Origin: an uncultured bacterium
Lineage (GTDB): Bacteria; Auribacterota; Erginobacteria; Erginobacterales; Erginobacteraceae
DNA length: 14,300 bases
Direction: 5' to 3'
Assembly (NCBI GenBank): GCA_963822585.1
Contig: CAWGIE010000001.1
Location: 1 to 14,300, forward strand
Of this stretch, positions 7,867 to 14,300 are shown one piece after another. Numbering within the stretch: position 1 is the stretch's first letter; every line of letters starts with the position of its first letter. Both the position numbers and the translations under genes were made by a program. The notes beneath the pieces were generated by a model, which had not been told where the DNA came from, did not search any database, and worked only from the letters and a program-made list of their open reading frames with translations.

Positions 7867-9312
7867 TTGTCCACCAAAGATGAGTTTGATGTTGTAGTCG
7901 TCGGTTGCGGCATAGCAGGTCTGTCAGCGGCCGTTTCGGCCGCACAAAGAGGGAAGCGTGTCGCAGTCTTGGAAAGAGCGCCGATCGAAGAACGTGGCGG
8001 CAACACGCGCTATACGGAAGCGTTCCTTCGTATGCAAAGCGACACAGAGTTGGCCGAAGATTTCGAGGAGCACCTCGCGGCGAATGCTGGAGGCCACCTT
8101 GATCCCGCGCTAGTTGCCGCGACAGCCGGCCCTCACGCCGGCTGGCCGGCCATAGTTAAAGCCATGAGCTTCTCCGACCCTGACGTGCTTAGTGCATTCG
8201 CGAATAATGTGGTGCCGACCATCCAATGGCTTAAGACCTTCGGAATTCGCTTCGACTCTTTGCCAACTGCGCACCTCACTCGGGGCCAGCCGAGAATGAT
8301 GCCCATTGGCGGTGGGTTGGCAATGATTGAGGCATTGGGAGCGGCAGCTGAAAAACTTCGAATAGTATTCTTCTATGAAACCACTGCGCTAGATCTTATG
8401 CAGAACGATGCGGGCAGGGTTGTAGGCGTGCACGTAGTGAGCAAAGGCAGGAGGACGGACATAAAAGGCGACAGCATTGTGCTTGCGTCGGGAGGATTTG
8501 AGGGTAACTTGGAGATGCTAACCCGATACATGGGACACCGCGCTTTGTACCTGCGGCCGTTTGCGCCCGGCGGGCACTATAACAAGGGGGAGGGAATCGA
8601 GATGGCGTTGAAGATTGGCGCGGCCTCAGGTGGTGATTTCAGTTCCTACCACGCATCGCCCATGGATCCGCGCTCAGGCAAGCCCGCACCGTCTGTATAC
8701 ATTTTCCCTTATGGAATTCTCGTAAACCAGGTCGGGCAGCGTTTTGTTGACGAGGCGCCAGGGACGGTCGACGAAACGTACGAGGAGATCACTCGGCAAA
8801 TTCTAGAGCAACCCAACGGTATTAGTTATGCCGTTGTGGATGCAAAGGTTGCTGACATACCAAACTACCAACGCGCCATTCGAACCGAACAACCTCCGAT
8901 AGCTGCTGATAGCATCTCCGGCTTGGCGGACAAACTTAAGATCGCTCCTTCATTGCTGGAACGCACTATTGGGACGTTCAATCAAGCTTGCCAACCCGGC
9001 AGTTTCAATCCATTTGAATTGGATGGGTTAAGCACCAAAGGTCTTGCGCCGTGTAAGTCGAATTTTGCTAGGCCTATCGACAAAGCGCCGTTTCACGCCT
9101 ACCCAATCATCTCAAGTAACGTCTTCACCTTTGGCGGCCTTAAAGTTAACGCAGCCGCTCAGGTGCTCAGCAAGGATGGTGAAGAAATTCCGGGGCTCTA
9201 CGCGGCTGGTGAGGTTATCGGCCTCTACTATCGATCGTACACGGGTGCCACCTCCGTGTTACGCGGGGCGGTTTTCGGCCGTCTCGCAGGCCTTGACGCG
9301 ACGTCGCCTTGA
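7867..9312 (+). CDS. FAD-dependent oxidoreductase, tricarballylate dehydrogenase TcuA-like (succinate DH/fumarate reductase flavoprotein family)
   Basis: 481 aa with DVVVVGCGIAG, ERGGNTRYT, LASGGFEGN, YGILVN..GQRFVDE, FTFGGL and IPGLYAAGE. TTG start with RBS GAGGAG. Confidence 0.85.
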   Translation: MSTKDEFDVVVVGCGIAGLSAAVSAAQRGKRVAVLERAPIEERGGNTRYTEAFLRMQSDTELAEDFEEHLAANAGGHLDPALVAATAGPHAGWPAIVKAMSFSDPDVLSAFANNVVPTIQWLKTFGIRFDSLPTAHLTRGQPRMMPIGGGLAMIEALGAAAEKLRIVFFYETTALDLMQNDAGRVVGVHVVSKGRRTDIKGDSIVLASGGFEGNLEMLTRYMGHRALYLRPFAPGGHYNKGEGIEMALKIGAASGGDFSSYHASPMDPRSGKPAPSVYIFPYGILVNQVGQRFVDEAPGTVDETYEEITRQILEQPNGISYAVVDAKVADIPNYQRAIRTEQPPIAADSISGLADKLKIAPSLLERTIGTFNQACQPGSFNPFELDGLSTKGLAPCKSNFARPIDKAPFHAYPIISSNVFTFGGLKVNAAAQVLSKDGEEIPGLYAAGEVIGLYYRSYTGATSVLRGAVFGRLAGLDATSP

Positions 9313-9436
9313 CGTTCCGTCGTGGGCTGACAGACCGCCGATAGACAGACTCTTCATGATGCGCTGTAGCTGGCGGATCCAGATTCGGAACGTATTTGCG
9401 TGTTATTAGCAGTAATAGAGGAAAAAGGTCGATTCC

Positions 9437-10207
9437 GTGAGACTCAGCAATAAAACGGCGATAGTCACAGGGGCCGCCGGTGGCATTGGAAGTGCAATAG
9501 CAAAGGCCTTTGCGCGCGAAGGAGCTGATCTTTGCCTAGTGGATACACAGCAAGTACTTGCGGTCGCGGAGGAGGTTCGTCGAGAACAGCGGCGAGCGAT
9601 CGAGGTTTCAGTTGACGTCACCAAAAGTTCGGCAGCGCCTGAGATAGTGCGGCGCACATTAGATGCTTTTGGTCGAATCGATGTTCTAGTCAATGTTGCG
9701 GGTGCCGTGTCCTTTGGCTCCGCTGAAGCCTTAACCCGATCCGAGTGGGATCGAATGCTCGAGAGCAATCTAACGAGCACGTTCCTGTGTTGCCAGGCTG
9801 TAATTGCTCCGATGCGTCAAAAGCGATACGGCCGAATCATCAACATCGGTTCCGTGGTTGGTAAGAACGGCGGTAACGCGAGGCCATGGATAGATCGTCA
9901 AGAGCAGGATCGCGCGGCTAATATTGCCTACGGGGTCGCAAAAGCCGGCGTCCACGCCATGACAGTCTTTCTAGCGAAAGAATTGGCCGTTGATGGCATC
10001 ACGGTCAATGCCGTTGCGCCCGGACCAATAGCTGTCGCAAGGCGCGCTAAGTTACCTCTCCCGGCGAACCTATTGACACAAATTCCTGTCGGCCATGTTG
10101 GCCAACCCGACGACGTCGCCGAAGCCGTACTCTTCCTTGCCACCGAGCGAGCCGGCTTTATTACCGCGGAAATCCTTGACGTTAATGGCGGCCTATTGGG
10201 CGATTAA
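9437..10207 (+). CDS. Classical short-chain dehydrogenase/reductase (probably NAD(H)-preferring)
   Basis: 256 aa with TGAAGGIG, Asp after beta2 (LVD), VNVAG, Ser139 / Y165-GVA-K169, VNAVAPG and DVNGG. Confidence 0.92.
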   Translation: MRLSNKTAIVTGAAGGIGSAIAKAFAREGADLCLVDTQQVLAVAEEVRREQRRAIEVSVDVTKSSAAPEIVRRTLDAFGRIDVLVNVAGAVSFGSAEALTRSEWDRMLESNLTSTFLCCQAVIAPMRQKRYGRIINIGSVVGKNGGNARPWIDRQEQDRAANIAYGVAKAGVHAMTVFLAKELAVDGITVNAVAPGPIAVARRAKLPLPANLLTQIPVGHVGQPDDVAEAVLFLATERAGFITAEILDVNGGLLGD

Positions 10208-10356
10208 GCATTAACAGGTTTGGATTTTGATCGCCGCCGCGAAGTCCAGCCGGTCGCCGTAGCGGCCCGCTCGGAGCTACAAGAAGCTTGACCGTGCCCT
10301 TACTTTCATACGTCGCGGGCCGCAACCTAAGACCTTCTTTCAAATAGGAGTGCATT

Positions 10357-10956
10357 ATGCAGTCGCCGGTCAACAATACCGCCTTACTCGTCTTAGATCT
10401 TCAGAACGAAAGAGTTGATAGTCGAGGCAAAATAGGTAGCAGAGGACTCGCTAAGATCGTCGAGGAAAGGCAGCTTCTCAATAGAGTTCGTAGCGTTTTG
10501 GATGGGTTTCGCGCTGCAGCGTGGCCCGTCGTACACGTGGGTCTTGCGTTTCGCTCTGATTACGCCGACGCTCTTAGCGTAGCGCCGCGCGTGACAAAGC
10601 TTAAGGAGGCCAATTTGGCAGTGCGGGGAACATGGGGTACGGAGTTTGCGGAGAAGGTTGCCCCTTTGCCTAACGAGATGGTCATGATGAAACAGGCCGT
10701 CAATCCGTTCTTCAATACGGGTCTGTTGACTTGGCTGATGCGTAATTGGGTTACGCATTTAGTTCTTTGCGGGATTGCTACCAATATGGTTGTTGAGAGC
10801 GCGGCTCGTTACGCCGACGATGCTGGATTCGCGGTGAAGGTTCTCGAGGACTGCTGCGCTGCACCCGATCCTGAATTGCACCGTTTCTCGGTGGAGAAGA
10901 GTCTTCCACTCTTCGGGCAAATCGCGACATCGGAAGAATTCCTCGCTCACATTTGA
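10357..10956 (+). CDS. Isochorismatase-family protein lacking the nucleophilic Cys
   Basis: 199 aa with ALLVLDLQN (Asp14), Lys112, GIATNMVVESAAR and VLEDCCA. RBS AGGAG. Confidence 0.88.
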   Translation: MQSPVNNTALLVLDLQNERVDSRGKIGSRGLAKIVEERQLLNRVRSVLDGFRAAAWPVVHVGLAFRSDYADALSVAPRVTKLKEANLAVRGTWGTEFAEKVAPLPNEMVMMKQAVNPFFNTGLLTWLMRNWVTHLVLCGIATNMVVESAARYADDAGFAVKVLEDCCAAPDPELHRFSVEKSLPLFGQIATSEEFLAHI

Positions 10957-11295
10957 CTTTCAGCGCCTAGGCGCTGCATGACGGTGGGATATGTAACGAT
11001 ATGTCTCTTATACCCTCGAGCTCGCCCAGAAGCGCGCTACATACGCCATCGGATTAACGGCCGCAAAGCCTCTTTAATACGGGTCTGCTTAGGGCTGTGG
11101 ACGAAGTAGGTTGTTTCCGCATTCATCAAGAAACAGTTCGACGTACGAATGCAAGTCACTACAGTTGGAACGTCGCCGCATTTCCGATTAGTGTGACTGA
11201 GCTGCCCCTCTCGAGACGGGGCAGTTGGGGCTTCGGGAGGCTAGATGTGCCGAAAACGAGAAAGCCGAAATCATCGGTGCCGGAGGTCTCTATGA

Positions 11296-12099
11296 TCATT
11301 CATTCACGTGCCGCCTGTTGCCTGTATCTTGAGAATATGAGTCTCCTCGCTCTGCTGCATGTGCGAAGCGATACTCGTGTGAGAGACCTTCGAACGTGCG
11401 CTGCCTAACTTCTATAGGTCGATCATCAACCGTGAATGCGCGACGGTCCACCACCAGAGTAGGGTGACCGACCTTAACGCCGAGCGCCATGGCGACGGTT
11501 CGGTTCGCGCTTCTTGCAAATACTCGTTCCTCCATCCGCAGAACAGTAACGCCGCACACTGTTTGGTATATGGAGTACAAATTGCGTTCGTTCTGCTCAA
11601 TGTGAGCTTTAGTGAGTCTGGAGAAAAGCGAGAAGGGCAAGCTGAGTTCCAGGAGCGCAACAACTTTCGTATTCGCCTCCAATGCCGCGCGAATTCTCCA
11701 TATGTAGTCCGGATTGATTCCGAGCGCCAGCTGGTCAGCAGTTTTCGAGTCCGGCTTGACCTTCTTCATAAAAATGTCTTTCCGGACTGTGTCGATGCTC
11801 TTCTTGCCACGGCTAGTAAAGATATTTGAGTAGCGAAGCTCGTGACGAGGAGAGTTGTGTTGAGTGACAAAAGTTCCCTTGCCTTGATACCTGTCTAGCA
11901 CGCCCATTGCGACCAGATCACCTACCGCCACGCGCAGGGTAGGCACCGCGACGCCGAAACGGTGCGCAAGTTCCGGCTCGGCTGGCAGCTTCTCCCCAGC
12001 GTGCCACTCCCCTTTCTCGAGACACTGCAGGATCATCCTGCGAACACTTGCATATAGTGGCACGCGCATCTGCGGCGCGCGGATTGGAAAACTCTTCAT
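11296..12099 (-). CDS. GntR-family transcriptional regulator, HutC/UTRA subfamily
   Basis: N-terminal wHTH PLY...GEKLPAEPELAHRFGVAVPTLRVAV..L...G.L.R.QGKGTFV. The C-terminal UTRA-like domain includes LYSIY....G and L.VDRRAFT.DDRPIE. Confidence 0.92.
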   Translation of the reverse strand: MKSFPIRAPQMRVPLYASVRRMILQCLEKGEWHAGEKLPAEPELAHRFGVAVPTLRVAVGDLVAMGVLDRYQGKGTFVTQHNSPRHELRYSNIFTSRGKKSIDTVRKDIFMKKVKPDSKTADQLALGINPDYIWRIRAALEANTKVVALLELSLPFSLFSRLTKAHIEQNERNLYSIYQTVCGVTVLRMEERVFARSANRTVAMALGVKVGHPTLVVDRRAFTVDDRPIEVRQRTFEGLSHEYRFAHAAERGDSYSQDTGNRRHVNE

Positions 12100-12203
12100 T
12101 AAAACGTTTCCTCTTCGTTGACCTTACTTGTTTGCCACAGACACATTTCCCTCGATTTTCGTCTAATTAACGGTCTGAGCGTGCACTGAAATCGAAAGGG
12201 CGG

Positions 12204-12232
12204 TTGACACCACACCTTGCGTAGCTTAGCAT
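12204..12232 (+). promoter_or_regulatory. Putative sigma70 promoter for the porin gene
   Basis: TTGACA (12204-12209), 17-nt spacer, TAGCAT (12227-12232). Confidence 0.7.
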
Positions 12233-12241
12233 CCGCTGAAG

Positions 12242-12262
12242 TCATGTTAATGATTAGAATGA
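12242..12262. promoter_or_regulatory. Putative operator, copy 2 (TCATGTTAATGATTAGAATGA)
   Basis: Pseudo-palindrome with 8 of 10 pairs, just downstream of the -10, in the gntR/porin divergent region. It is an inverted near-copy of 4637-4657. Confidence 0.7.
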
Positions 12263-12450
12263 GTGGGTACCGCCTGGACGTGTTGTTGGGCAGGTGAGAC
12301 TTATTCGCCAGAGGAGCCGGATGTCGTCGGTGCCAGCGGTGGTAGGTGGCCAGTACGATGACCGGGATGGGGAGACTTCAAGAATCGATGAGTTCGTCTG
12401 TGAGGGCAAAAGAAGCTCACTTTTCTAACAATCTTGGGAGGAGCTTGACG

Positions 12451-13507
12451 ATGACCAGAAAACTATTGGCAGTAGCGTTCGCATGTGCGATGGCAATCCC
12501 AATTATCGCGCTTGCCCAGTCGCATGTAACGCTTTACGGCACGATCGACACCGGCATCCGGAACCAGAGTAAGGTTCGGACCCCCACTGGCGACGGTTCC
12601 CTGACGTCGATGACCAGCGGGCTGCGCGTTGGCGACCGCTGGGGCATAAAGGGCTCCGAAGATTTAGGCGACGGACTGAAGGCGCACGTCAATCTAGAAG
12701 GCGCCTACTCCTCTGACACAGGCGATGCTCAGACAGCCGGGTCGAGTAAGGGTCTGTTTGGTCGTACCGCGATAGTCGGGTTGTCAAGCGGTAACAACGA
12801 GCTATATATGGGCCACGCCTTCACGGTGAACTTCAAGGAGTCGGCCATCTTACGCCACCGATGACTTACCAGTTCGCGCTTGTGGTTCCGGAGCTTGCGT
12901 ATACTGCGGGCGTCCGTAGCTCGAACATGATCTGGGGGGAGACCAAGTTTAACGGCCTCCATGTACGTCTCGACTACGCGCTCGGCGAGCAGGTCGGCAA
13001 TAGCGCAGGTGGTCGTCGGATCGGTCTTGGCGGTGACTTCGGCGTCGCTGGCTTTACAGTTGCTGGTGCGTACTCGACGACGAATAACGCCGGCGACGCC
13101 GGTTCGCTGAAAAGCTCAACGATTGGTGCGAAGGTGCGCATCGGCCCGTTCACTTTCGCGCCGCTTTCGCAGCGCAGCTACGACGCCGCGTATCCGAGTG
13201 CTGTGGATAAGTCACGCCTTTCTCGTTGGGCGTGGAGTGCACGCATTCTACGCCTAGGTTCTGGCCGTCTCGGCTACTATGACATCAAGGATACCGGCTT
13301 TGCACAGGCTGCCGAGAACAGCAAGAGGAAGGACGCGATCGCTGTCCTGGATTCTACGATTTGTCGAAGCGCACCATGCCTACGTCAGAGTGGGTAGGTC
13401 ACCATGCACTGGACGGTGCGATCCAAACCAGTGGAGTGTCGCTTCAGCACGCGCTCTCGAATGACGGAGCGGCCGGCGTCGCCGTGGGTTTGTTTCACAC
13501 ATTCTAA
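12451..13507 (+). pseudogene. Gram-negative (betaproteobacterial-type) porin, multiply frameshifted
   Basis: RBS GGAGGAG, signal peptide plus AQSHVTLYGTIDTG, RWGIKGSEDLGDGLKA...LE and LFGR.A.VGLS in frame +1. The middle part is in frame +3, YDLSKRT (from 13355) in frame +2, the following YV in frame +1, and terminal GVAVGLFHTF-stop (TAA 13505-13507) in frame +2. Confidence 0.85.
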
Positions 13508-13547
13508 ATTCCGGCTGGTCTAGCCCCAAACGGGTTTAAAGAAATCT

Positions 13548-13574
13548 AAGCCGCCTTTCACGGCGGCTTTCCTT
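13548..13574 (+). terminator. Intrinsic terminator after the porin gene
   Basis: 8-bp stem AAGCCGCC / GGCGGCTT with loop TTTCAC and a short pyrimidine tail. Confidence 0.6.
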
Positions 13575-13779
13575 GTCCCGCTTATTCATCAGTAAAGCGT
13601 TGCAGGTGGGCGAAGACTGTTGCGTTAACCACTTTCGGCCCGTCGGCATTCGAAACGCCAGTTCGGAACATTCGGCGGGATATTGTGCTCGGGCCGCAGT
13701 CCTTCGTTTGCGGGGCGCCGGGCGCGTCAGCCGGCCCGTGCGCTGCCCGCCGCAGCGCTCACTCCATTTACCCAAATCC

Positions 13780-13910
13780 CGTGCTACGCGCACGACAGTA
13801 CAGGTTGGATCGCTCTCCAGAAAGGTTGAACGAACCAACTGGGTCAGTGGCGCGTCCTCGGAATTCTTACGCACCGCAGCCCTCCGTTTGTCGAGAAGGG
13901 CTGCGGCTTT
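13780..13910 (+). promoter_or_regulatory. Structured 5' leader upstream of the TerC-family gene (candidate cis-regulatory RNA)
   Basis: Hairpin CGTGC-TACGC-GCACG (13780-13794), stem GTTGGATCG / CGAACCAAC (13804-13812 / 13831-13839, 8 of 9 pairs), and perfect 10-bp stem CCGCAGCCCT / AGGGCTGCGG (13874-13906) followed by CTTT. Confidence 0.4.
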
Positions 13911-13984
13911 CGATGAGCTGCGGCGCCATAGCTTCTTGTTGTTAAGTACTCAGCTACACAAGAGCCAGAGATGGAGGCAACACT

Positions 13985-14300
13985 TTGGAACATCTCACCA
14001 ATCTGGATATCTGGATCGCACTAATAAAAATAGCAGTGATCAACGTGATTCTCAGCGGAGACAACGCGGTCGTCATTGCATTGGCGTGTCGCAACCTGCC
14101 CCCTAAACAGCAGCGTAATGCCTTTCTTATTGGAACAGGAGGCATTGTTGTCCTAATGTGGCGTTGACCGCGGCCGCTGCCTACCTACTAACGATGCCGT
14201 TCGTCGAACTAATGGGAAGCGTTCTTTTGCTTTGGATCGGTGTGAAACTGCTCATAGCAAAGGATGATGGTGACGACACTATTGAATCGGGCGGTACTTT
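13985..14300 (+). pseudogene. TerC-family membrane protein (YjbE/YkoY-like), frameshifted and truncated by the window end
   Basis: GGAGG RBS plus TTG start, with INVILSGDNAVVIALACRNLP. One base is missing near 14159-14161, after which the family-like sequence resumes in another frame (ALTAAAAYLLTMPFVELMGSVLLLWIGVKLL). Confidence 0.85.

Noticed and set aside
10262..10323. 9-bp inverted repeat GCGGCCCGC / GCGGGCCGC between the SDR and isochorismatase genes
   Set aside because: The 44-nt loop, GC-only arms and absence of a U-tract or second copy give no support for a function.
11202..11224. Hairpin CTGCCCC...GGGGCAG between the convergent genes
   Set aside because: It may aid termination but has no clear U-tract on either strand, so it is too weak to call.
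12346..13397. ORFs 12346-12864 and 12861-13397 as two separate genes
   Set aside because: They are fragments of one frameshifted porin whose true start is ATG 12451 and whose stop ends at 13507.
13780..13984. yybP-ykoY manganese riboswitch upstream of terC
   Set aside because: The hallmark conserved segments are not visible. A covariance-model search is needed to exclude it fully.
13536..14106. ORFs 13573-14106(+), 13536-13874(-) and 13685-13945(+)
   Set aside because: Arg/Ser-rich non-protein-like translations over a hairpin-rich leader, one of them overlapping terC out of frame.

Overview
This window looks betaproteobacterial (Burkholderiales-like, inferred from the Bug/TctC protein and the porin type). 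From left to right it holds an intrinsic terminator, a complete IS1182-family element (117-1723, 16-bp terminal IRs, GGCC target duplication) and a full-length but 3'-degenerate tRNA-Ser(CGA). An ~11 kb catabolic cluster follows. It comprises tctA-tctB on the minus strand, divergent from a plus-strand run of tctC, a ComA/Hsa32-like protein, an isocitrate lyase/PEP mutase-family enzyme, a TcuA-like flavoprotein, an SDR and an isochorismatase-family protein. The cluster ends with a convergent GntR/UTRA regulator and a divergent, multiply frameshifted porin. A near-identical 21-bp pseudo-palindrome sits just after TTGACA promoters in both divergent intergenic regions and suggests that the cluster is one regulon. 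Four of the five enzymes deviate from family-canonical active-site motifs, which points to a pathway for an unidentified (poly)carboxylate that I cannot match to a described one. The window ends with a structured leader and a frameshifted TerC-family gene. All family calls come from motif recognition, not from database searches.
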